DNA of 63,077 nucleotides, the filler included, from Sphacelaria rigidula (Eukaryota), in the NCBI GenBank assembly GCA_964200075.2. It is 11 parts of 11 records of this genome, joined end to end, with 100 filler letters (N's around TTAATTAATTAA, not from the genome) between each part and the next. Parts side by side here need not be neighbours in the genome. Positions count along the whole stretch, not along the records: positions 34,463 to 40,105 come from CAXNAA020025619.1; positions 40,206 to 45,848 come from CAXNAA020025620.1; positions 45,949 to 51,591 come from CAXNAA020025621.1; positions 51,692 to 57,334 come from CAXNAA020025622.1; 7 more parts are not named here. One strand, written 5' to 3'. Under the pieces are notes generated by a model that saw nothing but the letters and a program-made list of their open reading frames with translations, made no database searches and was not told the origin of the DNA. The position numbers and the translations under genes are program-made. Each line of letters opens with the position of its first letter. Position 1 is the first letter of the stretch. Shown here piece after piece: positions 38,356-51,759 of the stretch.

Positions 38356-38664
38356 TGACAACGCTTTGGTGAGATCGATAGTAGAGCGCTGACTGGGAGT
38401 GCCGTTGGATATTCGCTTTAACCAACGAACCTAGCCAACCCTTTATTCAGTGTGTGCTTTTCTTTGCCTCTGTCACTCGCGTATGCTCGCAGCTACACGT
38501 CGGTATCCTACTCAGGGGTATCAAATGCGTCAGTGGCAAGCTACCACAGGAAGCATATCGGGCCTCGTGGAGGGGTATCTCGGGACTGAAATGATTCATT
38601 CACCAATTGACGGCTTTTCACTCTCAATCGTATCCTCTACTCTCAATCTCACGAAAACGTCGCT
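38356..38664. mobile_element. ~305-bp MITE (second copy at 58165-58466, fragment at ~2400-2545)
   Basis: TIR TGACA.CG.TTT.GTGAGAT.GA.AGTAGAG / CTCTACTCTC.ATCTC.CGAAAAC; colinear interiors. Confidence 0.8.
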
Positions 38665-38719
38665 ATATACATATATTATTAGGTATTTTCGGAGATTAAA
38701 CTTTCCTCGTTTCTACACA

Positions 38720-39760
38720 CGTCTTCTTTACTGTGCGTTATTCACGAATGGGTTCCGGAAAAACCTGTTTTGAAATTTACCGTGACCGATATCTTGGAAA
38801 ATATGTGAAGATAAATGGGGGAAAATGAGGTGTTCGCACATAAGTCTGGCACTTTGTGTAAAAAAAAAAAACGACTCGAAATTAAACAGCGAAATCGCGT
38901 TTTCCTGTAGAAAACCGGCCCCTTTGTGGAAACGGACCAGCCAAGAAGCAAACAATAGCATTTGAGGCGCGGTTGCTCTGTTCAATTTCAGTTTTGTTTT
39001 CATAAACCTCCGACACAATATACATGAGGTATGTGCGAAGAACCTACCTTTCCCCTCCGGTTATTTTTTTCTTTCAGTAAGTTATCGACGTGTTTCCTTT
39101 TTGCTGATAAAAGCTGTTCCGAAATCTGTGTCACCGATAATCCACGAAGAAAAAATGAAAAAAAAAGAGAGAGGGGGAAATGTAGGGCCTTTGCACGTAC
39201 CTCACGTATATCGTGTCAAATTTTCATGAGAAATAACTTGACATTGATCAGCGCAACCGCGTTTTCCTGTCCAAAACCGGTTGACTTGATTTTAGAGGAC
39301 AGCCTCAGCCGGCACTCTGACGTTCTCTGCAAGCTTTTTTACCCACTACTCACCGGTTCGCACACTACTACCAGACGCCTTGACGCGCTGGGGGTCTCGT
39401 CTGCGCGCCATCTTCGGCACTGCTCGCCTGCAGTACGACATGAATTATTGTACAACCATAACTTGTGCGGCCCTACGGCTTGCGACCGCGGCACAACCGA
39501 CTATGACCGAAAATTCGATTTCAGCTTTTTGTTTTTTAATTCCGCCGCACATATCACCCTCAATTCTCTACATTTCGCAGGTGACTAAACTTTGGCATTT
39601 TGTTCGATGGAAACTTGTCGGATCGCGCGGTGCTACGTGGGTTGAAAGGCGCGCGTTGATTTGCAGATTGCCACGAATGTGTCACAGTAGGAACAACTCG
39701 CGACCCATCGTCACTTAGAACGGGCCGAATGAAAGTGGGCTTGTTGGGCGACCCAGCTTG
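38720..39760 (-). mobile_element. Family B element, reverse and truncated copy
   Basis: 39310-39760 is the reverse complement of ~9555-9990; ends GGGCGACCCAGCTTG; retains the hairpin unit. Confidence 0.75.
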
Positions 39761-41268
39761 TGTAAGATATGATTCTGAGAAATGAGGCTAAACAACTTTT
39801 TCTCGGGTATTTATCTATCAGCGTTGGAACATGGTGTTTGTAATGCGGGCGAGAAAGCTCAGGTAAATGTAGGCGTGCTTCTCTCCAGCGCTGCCTCCAC
39901 AGGCGCTCCCCCGCCCCCTTCTCCCTTCAACCTCCGACCTCAATTTTAGCGGCGTTCCCTATTCCTTGCTCGGAATGACGAAAAATAAATAAAGGGATCG
40001 TGAACGGGCACCAGGGGGGGGGGGGGGGGGGGGGCTGGTAGGGACTATCGGGGCTTCGCTCACCCCGGCCTTTTTGTTTTTTTTTTTGGCTATTTAACAT
40101 CCCCCNNNNNNNNNNNNNNNNNNNNNNNNNNNNNNNNNNNNNNNNNNNNTTAATTAATTAANNNNNNNNNNNNNNNNNNNNNNNNNNNNNNNNNNNNNNN
40201 NNNNNCCGTGGTGTGCTCGGCACGTCGCATGAAGGGTGAGCTGCATCCTGCTAAGATTGTTTGGCCCGAAGCCTACTGATTATCTTGCATTTTGATGACA
40301 GCCTACAATGGGTTGCTTTATGTGTCGCCACTTCCAGAGACAGCCACGGCTTATACACTGCCTCATGGGTGCGTCACCAGTCCCGAGGGAGGGGAGGGGT
40401 TAAAAGAGTGCCGGGAAAAAAATCAACAAAAACAAGTATTTTCACGAACGGTTTTTCGAGGGGTACTTTTTTAGGATCGTAAACCCCATGGAAAACACAC
40501 TGGACAACACTGTCATGTACTACCCACATTTTTAATCGCTCACAAATACAGGCTTGCGACTGGTGTGGTGGCCCGGCTGTTCGTGGGTAGTATGACTCGT
40601 TTTCATGTTTTTTGTTTCAAGATTTGATTCAGGGGATGATTGTCGTACGTCAACTGATCCCCGACGGACCCAGCCGGAGTCATAATTCACAAGACGGATG
40701 TACCCAGGGTAAAAGAACGGAAACGCTCGCTAAATGAAGAAAGTAAAGAATAATAAACAGCAAGCAGCCCTGACCCAAGGATAGACCGTGCTCAGTCGAG
40801 AGCGATGGAACGTTGACCGTTTCATGCCGTTAAAGTGAAGTGACATTGTTTTTCCTTCCCGATCCGCGACTGTATATGATGCTTGATTCCACAGATGGAC
40901 GTGATATGTGAAGCGCCGAGAGAGATGATGGCACCCCCGAACCCAAGCAGACTCGGAACGCACCCCCATGTCAAGCGAAATGTGTTGGGAAGTCTCAAAG
41001 AAAACAGAAGCCCCCTGAACAAAATGCCGGCCAGTCAGAGGTTGAGAAAACAACATGACACCTGTCTGCGAGAGAGGGTTCTCACGCAAGAGATAATGTA
41101 TACTCAAGTCGTATGTACATATATGCGGGCATATCATCACATAAAGCTGTCACGAGGGGAAATGACGCTCCATACTCTCCGCATGAACGCTTGCAGTGGA
41201 AACGCTAACAGCAAAAAAGAAGGAAGAAAGGAAAGACGGCCAATAAATTAAGCTTCTGGTTCCCTCAC

Positions 41269-44200
41269 CACATTGGGAAGCTTGAGATTGTGAGCGAGCG
41301 TGGCCATGAGCTTCGGTACGAACGGCAGCGTGTTGCGCAGAAGCCACACGACGTGACGCTTCGACTCCACGGACAACGTTTTCCCCTGTTCTTGCTCTTC
41401 CGCTGCAACCGAGTAAGCATCCGCGGAGCGCGGGGCCTTCTCCGCGCCTGGTATTGTTATTTTTCAAAAGCGGGGGGGAATAAGTTAGAAGCATTGGATT
41501 GCGTGTGTGAATGTGTGTGCATGTGTCGAAGGGGCATCATGTACAGTACAGTACTTGGAGTGACGTATAGTACAGCACCGAACAGTAGCGTACAATATCT
41601 TCGATTTAAAGCGAGATGCGGAAGGGTACGTTATAGGGGTGCCACCGCATGTGCGGAATCACACGTCGATTCATGAGAAACCTCGTTTTGTCATCATGTC
41701 ATCATTATGGCATGGCGTGGGTTCGGTCGTCGACGACAAGTGTAGAGGAAGCGCCGAGGGGAGGGGGTACTCATTTGTTGCTTGCCTTAGTCGTTTGACC
41801 ACTGACCACGCATCCCTTTCGAGACGGGGCATCGTTCATACTCCTAATAAAGAAACCTCCCGACATTTGGGCGCTCATTGCGTTTCTTCCATACGCTACA
41901 CAACACCTTTTTACATACCCTCTCCCCTTTCTGATTCGCCGTCTGTTGCCACCATGTATCTCAAAACGTAGCAATCGTTTTCTCATTAGTCTAATGTAAT
42001 GCATCGGAAGGGTGGGGAGGGGGAGGGGGGCGCAGGATTTTATATGTGAAAAAACAAACCTTGATGTTCGCCTCAAGTGGTCTACCGTTGAGTACTTTCG
42101 GTGGGGGGTCGGGGGCGAGAGACACACTGCCCACGTGAGCAAGTCAGACCAAGCAAGAAAGTGCTAGGCAGTACCCGCGGCGAGCGGTCAACATATCCAT
42201 GCCATCGCCCTGGCTGCGTTCATCTCTCAATTGCCGTCATGCCCTTAGCCGTCGCTCTCGGCAGCTGCATCAACTGCTATGGTCGAGAAGGAATCAGCCC
42301 AACTCTCATCACGCCGACAATAACGACAGATTTTTGCGCCAGAATCATGGTTCCTACTCTGGCGAAGTAGTGACTGAGTGCAAGGATGAGCAGACGGCAC
42401 AACCCGACCGGTAACCCGACTGGGATTTCCGCACCAACGATAAATGCACGAGGTCAGCTTCACGAGGTACGACGGAGGACCGACCAGCTGCGTTCCGAGA
42501 CACTCACTTAACTAGAGTACTACTACTCGTAGATCACCAACAATACCGCATCGGTCTGACCACAACCCAAAAATAAACCGCACAACGACAGCAACAGCAA
42601 CAGTAACAGTAATAGCAACAGCAACAGCAGCACCACTACCATTACTCACAATACTTTGAAAGCCGAGAGATCACCGGCGACATCCATCACACCACCGACA
42701 ACGCGACAACATGATAGCAACAACGCCATCCCATCATTACAAAGAGAAAAGAAAGCACGTACCCCGGCCGCCGTCCTTTGCCGCACCGCAAGCAGCCTTC
42801 TCCGAGCGGGACTGCTTTGCACCACGCTGCCCTCTAGACTGCAGCTGTTGCTGCAGCTGCTGCCGCTGCCTGCCCGTAACGTCGCTGCGCTTGCCTGCGG
42901 CAGCACCTTCTCCACCTGCGAGGGGGGGGGGCGCGAAAGATACAATACAACAGGTCATTGGAATTTCAACACTCGGACTTTCAAAATGATACTACACAAT
43001 CAAAATGACAACAAACAACAACAAAATAATTACTGTTGACTGGTTCGACTATCATACTTGATCGATTGATTGTCACACGTTGACTTGATCGGCTACGAGC
43101 CATCATTCAGCCTTGGGTGACGGCAAAATAGACATGAACGCATGATACCGGAGGAAACCATAAACAAAAACACCCGCTGAGGGAGACTCGGGTAGAAGAT
43201 GGGACACAGAAGAAATAGGATACGATAGTGAAAGAAAAAAAAAATGAACAAGAAACAGACAGAATGGCATCAATGCATGGAGGTGATTCTATCCTGTGGC
43301 CTCTGACCGTAAGCGAATGGTCTCACGTGATATCCCACATTTCAAGGGTGTTTGCCACACTCTGGTTCAGGCATCAAGGCTCTTTTGCACACACACAAAC
43401 ATGTGTTCAATCACAGTACCCCAACCTTGGACAGCTTCCATCGCTTGTAAAAATATGCGTCACAATGATAGAACGTCATACTCGAGGGTATCAATCGCAA
43501 ACTACATAAATAGAGTAAAACAGCGTCATAACAAGGAGTATTCAAGAGGGCGGGGGGAGGACTCGAAATTTTTACACCCTGAATAATATATTGCATCGGT
43601 AAAACGCTAACCGTGCAAAGTATCAATTCCATGTCTAAAGCACTGCGTACAGTATTGAATCTGATGTTTTTTGCAATAAGCAAAATATTTGATACTGAAC
43701 GCAGAACATGTTCCCACAGTGTTGTCTACTGTCATTGTCCAGGGTGTGCAAAAATCACAAGCAAAGCAAAATATCGATTCTTCAAACGTGTACAACATAC
43801 AAAAATAAACGTTTTGCCCCCCCCCCAAATGTCAGGTATTTACTAGCAACTTCCACGAATTCTCCTCCTGGAGTATGACGGTTACTCGTTCTTGCCTGAA
43901 CCAGTACCAGATCCACCACTCGAAGGCTGATTCACATCCCGACTATCACCGCCTGCTGCCTTCGCGTTACCGGACGGCGAGCGTCCTTGCGCACGGTTAG
44001 AAGACTCAAGTGCGCCCCCCCCGTCGTTACAGTCGTTGCTGTTACCGCTGCCGCCACCCTCCGCGGGAGCCCCCGGTATAACGCCCAACACCTGAACCTG
44101 CACATGAGAAAAAATGCAAATGTATACATTCGTACAAGGCCGAGATGAAAAGGTAAGAGGGGGGTGTTGAGGCGTTGGTCGTCGCTGTGGAACAGAGGGT

Positions 44201-45627
44201 GGTCAGGTGGCTGGGCTGTCCGGATGCGGCACGCTCACGGAGCTAGATTCCGGAACAAATAGGATAATGAAAAAAAACAGTGCATTCAAGAAAAAATATA
44301 ACGAAATATAAAAAAAAGATAATTAAGGAGAAAAAAAAAACGGGACTAGTGGTGCCTTCTAGTCATTGCGCACACAAAAAACGCATATGTACGGATCCTG
44401 CACACGGCGACTTTTACATCCCCAAACACAAGCACGTCTGCCTCTCGAACAAAATCTACGGTGACTTCACTCACTCGCCCCTCACGAGACGGATTTGAAT
44501 CTTTCTTTGTTTACCGACTCTCGGAGTGTTCTTAACCCATATCCTATAATAGGGGGGGTTCCCAATCAGCACAAATACATGTACATATGCACATTTTGCA
44601 TATATTTTCATCGTCACACTGAACAACATCCCTCTCGACATATCCCGTTGGTCGTGACGCAGGAATTCCACGGAACAAATCCTGTACTACATGTGTTAGG
44701 ATGCCTCCTTTCCTTCACATGAGTATCCTCATCCTGATCGGCGGTCGACCGATAGACGTCAAAGTTCCACAGGGCAACTAAACACACCCACACAACACAG
44801 GCCTTACTCTTCCTCAGCGGGACCCGGTGGGACCCGCTACAATGCGGCGGGACCCGCTACAATGCGGTGGCTGGATCATGACCGCTTCACACGAGGAGAT
44901 GCTCGCCAACGGCCAGTGAGTGGGACACCGGAAGTGCAAGGACAGCCATTCGCCAAAAGCACACACACACATATATATATATATATTGTTCGCCACGTTC
45001 TCCCTCCCTATTCTCGGGACGAGCCCGCGGTATCAAAGGATCAACCTTATCTCGATCTGATACACGTATAGACCGTGCTTTTCACTTCCACCATCGAGCC
45101 GGTCGACAATGATCATTCTGTTGTGCTGGTTGACCGACCGGCAGACTGATTGACTGAGTGACTGAACGCTCGTCTATCATCAATGAAACCGCTGCGAACG
45201 TGCAGCCGTGGGTGAGCGCTAGACGTACCCACCCCGAACAAAAAATCGGAAACGGAGACACTCGCCAAAAGGGAACGCAGCAAAAGCGCGGGGGTAGGTA
45301 GGCATCAGAACATACTGAAAAGGAAAGAAGGAAAGAAGGAAAGAAGGGAAACAGGACAAGACGACGATAAAAACTTGTTCTCGTCCTGTATACCTCATGT
45401 TCGAGCACTGACCATTCACCCTAGCTGCCACCATGTTCGAACCTACTTCCCATGGGACACAAATGATGATGAAGACAACTACAGGCTTGATACACAGACG
45501 ATCTATCTACAACCCACATGAGCTACGATTTGCCCACCTCATCGCTGCTGCACGTAGTCCCGCTACTGTCATTGCCGTCGGCAAACGCTGCCGCCACAGC
45601 CTGTGTCTCCGCCGCCACGGCAGCAAC
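41269..45627 (-). CDS. Unidentified 4-exon gene fragment (exons 45538-45627, 43908-44097, 42763-42915, 41269-41402)
   Basis: All four have CAG acceptors and GT donors with compatible phases (0,1,1); spliced product VAAVAAETQA...VQVLGVIPG...RQQLQQQLQ...EEQEQGKTLSVESKRHVVWLLRNTLPFVPKLMATLAHNLKLPNV. Confidence 0.68.
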
Positions 45628-46014
45628 CTGCACCGGCATTGTTGTTGTCGAGCGCGGGTACGTGTAAAAACTAGCAGGCGGCAACTGAGAGGCACAAGGC
45701 ATCAGCAGCAGCATGAGCAGCAGCACACGGGGTGGGTGAGTGCGTGGAGAAGGGGAGGGGGGGGGGGGGGGGATACCCGCCACCACCGGCCCCCTTCCCC
45801 CCCCCCCCCCCCGGGCCTTCAAACCCCCCGCCCATCCAACCCCCCCCCNNNNNNNNNNNNNNNNNNNNNNNNNNNNNNNNNNNNNNNNNNNNTTAATTAA
45901 TTAANNNNNNNNNNNNNNNNNNNNNNNNNNNNNNNNNNNNNNNNNNNNGGACTATGGTTTTCCTCTTCTCCAAACTTAAAAAAAAAAAAAAAAAAAAAGG
46001 GGGGAAAAGAGGGG

Positions 46015-46049
<35 letters not shown>

Positions 46050-46272
46050 TGTTTGTGTTGAACGGGCTCAAGAGGCAGTGGCTGTGATTACGCATGCCGT
46101 TTTACGGTAGCTGCTCTCGAGATCGTTCGCCGGGATTCCAAACAGCGCCGCTGTCACGCCCTCAAGTTACCAACCATAGTCATGCGTAGCCCCCGCCGCA
46201 GCCTCGGTAGCGATGCCAGTGGCTCTGGCAGCGCCGACGGCGAGTTACGTCCGTACCTTCATTGCCTTCTGA

Positions 46273-46687
46273 CAGTGGGTTCTCGAGAATGGGGTTGAAA
46301 GAAAAAATGAGGCTCAACTCAACAGCCGTGTTTTCCTTGACCTGAACTCATGACATATGACTTTCATATGGACTACCCCATCCCTCTCGATCTCCCTGAA
46401 ACTATTTCGGGGGATTCCTAGCCTTCCGTTCCCCCAAAGGGTATGTGCGAAAGCACGGTTTTTGGGCCAAAAAGCGTCCCTTTTTTCACCCCGAAAACAA
46501 GGCGAAAGTGTGCTTTCGCACATACCCTTTGGAGGTATAGAAGATTAGAAAACCCCCGAAATAGTTTCGGGGAGGTCGGGAGGGATGGAGTGGTCCATAT
46601 GAAAGTCATTTGTCATGAATTTAGGTCAGGGAAAGCACGGCGTCGAACCTCATTTTGTTTTTCAACCCCATTTTCGAGAATCCACTG
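46273..46687. mobile_element. Palindromic MITE with CAGTG...CACTG termini
   Basis: CAGTGGGTTCTCGAGAATGGGGTTGAAA / TTTCAACCCCATTTTCGAGAATCCACTG; arms of ~185 bp; no clear TSD. Confidence 0.88.
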
Positions 46688-48199
46688 TTTTCTTCAATTA
46701 GTTGATGTTCACGGTCCTCAAAAGAAGGGTTTGTGTTCGACAACGAATTCCTCTGTTCGATCACCACGAGCACCCTCTGCAGCGCATGAGTTCCGTGGCT
46801 TGGAAGACGGCGTCACAATCACATTCAATGCAATGTACGCCTTCATGTGCACCTGAGGTGAAACTGAAGTTCTCCGGTCTCTCCGTGTCCTCACATACGG
46901 TTATCACGCTTCGTGTAACCGTCGTTTCTGCATCGCACGTGCCACGGAGGTACAATATAACGAGAACCTGCCCACTCTCTCCAAATGTGAAGAATATTTC
47001 AACGCATTTGAGCGCAGAATCATCGCAAGTGGCAATGTGGTGAATGAAAAAAGGCGAGTTCAATGATAAACCCACTGTTCTCCAGTTTTTCGTCAAGAGT
47101 TGGATTTCAATCGACAAACGCCACGAATTGCCCCTTACTCCGTCAAATATTGGGACCAATGCAACCATATTTTACTATTTGTACGAGGTGTCGATGGGGG
47201 AATGCTTGCTTATTGCCTAAGGTGGCGTTGGATATCAACCGGTCGGCATTCATTTATTGATCATAGGTGTGCATGCAAAACGTCAAAGTACGACGAAGGC
47301 AGAGCCGTAGGGTATAGCAGTGACTTACGAGCTTCGGTTCGTCCTATGTTGCTCGTCGCTGGCAGGTCTTGTTCCCGTCGTCTGGTCAGGCTCCCACTCC
47401 GATGGATGTGGTGAGAGTTGAAGTACGATATCACCCTAGTGGGTTTTATCATTGTTGCAGTATGACGATACTTCGAAGTACGTAACTTTCAAATGCGTTT
47501 TTCTTGTCAACGTGAGACCGGGAGAAGATTTCTTGCTCTTGCGCTTACAATAAGGTGGACAGTCGGTGAAACCGTCAACGTGAAAGAGTGGTTTGCTTAC
47601 GATGACAAAACGAAACGATTCCCGTCAGAGTAAACCAAGGGTGGGGTGCGATCGGCATTCTGCTACGAGCTGCAATGCGAGTAGAAAAAGCAAAATTGTG
47701 GGCGACATGAAACTGTGACAGCCATGTTGACGTATGTATAGCCTACAAAAAAAGAAGGTGTATTGTCGGTACTGTGATGGCGTGAAAAAATAACTGTCAC
47801 GTCAAGTCCTGAAGGTCACATTGGTAAATTAGCGATCAGGTTGGGTGAGCCTATAGACTGCTCGATGTTTAGAAAAAAGACGAATGCCTGGAGAGGAACG
47901 CATAGGTCTCTTTTGACAGTGCGAACTCGCCCTACAGAAGGAGGGAGTGGGTGAGAATATATCGAACTACTATGAGAGTAATTCAATAGGTACATCAGTG
48001 CATGTGCGAGTGTCAACAAAGTGTCCAAAATATGTGTAAAATGAAGCTGAACACAAGACGAGATGACGGTTTGTACTCGATTCGTGTGTTGACAGGACGA
48101 TGGTGATGTAAACGCTCCTACATTCACGACTTCAATGCACGAGGCGGAGTACGACATCTTCCGCATTGTGAGTAGTAAGCAGCACTCATCTTCTCTCAC

Positions 48200-48600
48200 C
48201 AGCTGTGCGCTCACGTACTGTGTGCTCGGGCGGTTCCATGTCTCAGATCAGATCAGCCAAATGTGGCCGTAGGAAGGAAACATTCAACGTTTTCGATAGT
48301 TACGGTGTAATCGGTCGTGAAACACAAGCGTTTTCCGAGTCAAATATTGCCGGTATACTCAGATAGGGCAGCCCATTTGCGGGGAAGCCAGACCATTGCC
48401 CAGCAGAATAGAACTACCAGGTAGCCCGCAAGTTGTTCAATGCGAGTGAATATTTGACCCCCGCGTTACTGTAGAGCGCTCACTACGCCAGGGGTGAACT
48501 GTCCGCTTCCTGAAGAAAAGGTGGATTTTGTGCAGCAATCCCGCCTTGAACACATCAGATGTCTTTGGAGCCGCAACCCTTCCAAGCATATGTTCTGTTC
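48200..48600 (-). pseudogene. Possible decayed KDZ/CxC-type transposase catalytic region
   Basis: CCTKSTFSSGSGQFTPGVV*..IFTRIEQLAGYLVV, then in another frame KTLVFHDRLH, in the order recalled for CxKxF..TPG / TRFxxLPxxIxYD / FxxDRFH motifs. Confidence 0.38.
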
Positions 48601-51600
48601 GAGGTCCATATTTCAGTGGCAAGATATCATGCTCGAACGTCACGTATCTTGTACCTCAAACGGGCGTTTGATCTCTGCTCACCGGCTCAGAGGTCGAATA
48701 TCATCTTCAGGATCAATGCTGAGATCATTTGATCTCAGACGGGATCACTCAATGTCTTACTATAGTAATGAACCCGTGAAAGGCACATACAGTAGTGGTT
48801 CGTTCGAAGACTAAATAGATAGGATGGCCTCGTGCTTGCTACATAAGCAATGAAAGCAATACTAGTCAAGGTGAGGGAAGAGCAAGGGCGGGGCAAGACA
48901 GCCTCGCCTCTGATTTGTCATGACATTTTGGTCATCTCCTCAAATGTCTCACAGATCATCATATCGACATTCCCCGAATTGTCGAGCACGCCTGGGGCAT
49001 CATGCGCAAAGGATCTCAACAATCTGTCGCACCGACATACCCCGAATCGTCAACATAGTCGCAAAAGCACACGTACGTACACACACAATAAGTACTTCAC
49101 ACCCTATTCTACGGGTGAGCAACCTTCTCAAGTCTTAACAGGCCAGTGCCTCAGTTGGTATCATTTTGATTCCAGTGGGAGTATGACCAACAGTTATAAT
49201 TCCAACCTCCTAGCTAGCAGCCAAAGGGATAATATATTCCCCTGTTTTGCGTGAGGTTCGTGTATTTATCCGTCACCCGGAGTACATTCCACACGATCTG
49301 CCATCATAGAGAAATTGAAAATCCCGGAATCGATCGGTACGCCCACCTTTACATGTGCGGGCATTCAGCTCCCGAATACAGTAGACACTCATCAGTCGTT
49401 CTGAATTCGACTCCCGTGAGTGTCGGAACACGCGAAGATCCAGTGATTCCTGCCCTTTTGCAATTTGAGCACATGAATGTTCTACACTAGTCTTCTGCAC
49501 TCAATGAAAGAATTGAACACTCTATCCGCGTTCTCAAGTGAAGGAATTGAACGACAGTCATGAACACGCCCCTCCTCACAGCAGCATCTCCTTCAGTCAA
49601 CCATTCGAAACCTCTCAGCTCCACCGTGCTCGGAACCCATCCCTATCCTTCGGAGAATCTATATTGCAGCAACAGGGTTTTGTTGTGGCTTTGTCGGCTC
49701 TCGGGTTTTTTCCCTGGTGTCGGAGAACACACGACGTATAGCATCACTCGCTGTGTGTGAGAACACTTGTGGCATGTCAGTGCTCGAATAATGTGAATCA
49801 TGTCAGCCATCCAAGGCCACCGCTGTATACGCCAACACCGCTCATCGACGTATGGGTTCCAACGGCTTCTGGCGGTATACCGTTGTAGGGAAGACTATTA
49901 TTGTCGACGTATTCGTTAGCAAAGCAGGCCACAACCCCAAATGGGTGAGTATGTGACGCACTGGTCCTGTTTTCAGCTCGTTAACTCAAACAGTAAGGTC
50001 TCTCTCACACAAGGCACTCGTCAACAGCAGACAACTGTTATTGAAAGTAAGCACCGAGCTCTTTCGATAAAAGGAAACACCAATTGACACCAAGGGATTA
50101 AGATACACGTTACTCACTTCTTGAGAACGGCTTGCCAGCCAGGAAGATGAGACATCGCGCAGAGCAGATGAAAGGCTGATGGTCCTTCTTGTGATTAGTT
50201 CTACGGTAGCTGTTTCTGGCAGTGGGTTGCAAGTGAGCATCGCAGGCGATGCGGCACACGATTACCTTCAAAAGCTCCTAGCTACGCATACAATGTTGTC
50301 ATATAAATACAAACCAGCATGACGCACTGTACCTCTAGCCAATCAAAGCTGTAGTAGCAGCAGGTACACGAGCCTATCGGGTACAATCCTCATCCGACTC
50401 CTGGGGCAAGATCAAGGCTTCAATAATGCAATTTTATGTAAACACAAGCACACTTTCGACTTGGATCTTGGTTTCGTACCCGTCGGTCGTTTCTGGGGAC
50501 CATCGGTAATCCCCAAAGAACTAGTTTAATTCACGCACTCGGTCATTTACCATCACATTATGGTGTTGCTGGGAAATTGTTTACGGGTCGTATGGCTGTC
50601 TGTGCAGCACAAGTCGCGAATTCTTCCGACCTTTGCACGTGCTGGGATATGGAATGAGATACTTGTGATAAACACGAGTCAATTACCAAGTTAGAACAAC
50701 CGACGTGTGATACCCCCTACGGTTCATCCTAGGAGTGGCGTGCATCCGCCCGTGAACCAACAAGGCGCGCAAAAACGACACCTCGACCATCCCTTTGGTT
50801 GCGCGCGCTGATCGAATGTCTGCTGCTCCCTGCTCTGCCGTGCTGTGCCCATCGTGTGTCCGGTAGGCGAAGTCGATCAATGATCAACTTCTGACGCTAT
50901 TGCAAACCGCGACCGACCACGACAGGTGGTTATTCGAGAACGTTGTGTGCCCGCAGTTTGAAGTGAGATGGTGAGAGCACCGCCAGCACCATATACAGGA
51001 ATACTTCCGCTAAGCCCTTGTTGGCTAAAACGATGATGACACAGCGACACTACACTTTAGCACGATTGAAAATATTGATATCTCGGAGAGCCCGTGGTAT
51101 TTCGCTCTGATGGGGCAGTGATGTTTCGATGTGGCACACAATTGGTAGTACTCCAAACGGTGCGAGTAGGGTAGCTTACAGAGAAGGAAGTTGATGTTGG
51201 ACGTCAGCCGGAAGTCGAGCTCCAGCATACCGCACGCAGTGGTAGCGGAGCTGTCGCTGCCAGCAATGTGACCACGCATTCGAAACACCAAGCTCTATCG
51301 CTTGCGTGCAAAAAGCAATCAAGCGCTCTATGTAGATGCGACGGCATTGCTGTTGTGTCAACTCCGACAAAGTTTGCACAATCTGCGACATCATGAAATG
51401 TGTAGGGAAAAATGTGAAGAAGGGCATAAACTCAGCCGGGGAGGTTATCTGACTACTGGGTCCTCACGCCTAAATTACATACTGCATTTTCGTGGGTCTC
51501 TTGAGCGATCGGAAATTAAACACACTCAACAGCCGATTTTATATTTTGGGGTTCATGCAAAATATGGGGCTGAAGTGACATATCTCTCTTGNNNNNNNNN

Positions 51601-51759
51601 NNNNNNNNNNNNNNNNNNNNNNNNNNNNNNNNNNNTTAATTAATTAANNNNNNNNNNNNNNNNNNNNNNNNNNNNNNNNNNNNNNNNNNNNAACAGTTCG
51701 CAAGTTGGGTTGCCCACTTGAGCCTCAATTCAAAGTTGAACCTCAATTCTCACAATTTG

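Noticed and set aside
48437..48643. HUH/Helitron Rep motif (RGSNIHSH)
   Set aside because: Followed at once by a stop, with no other Rep or helicase motifs; another frame fits a KDZ-like relic better
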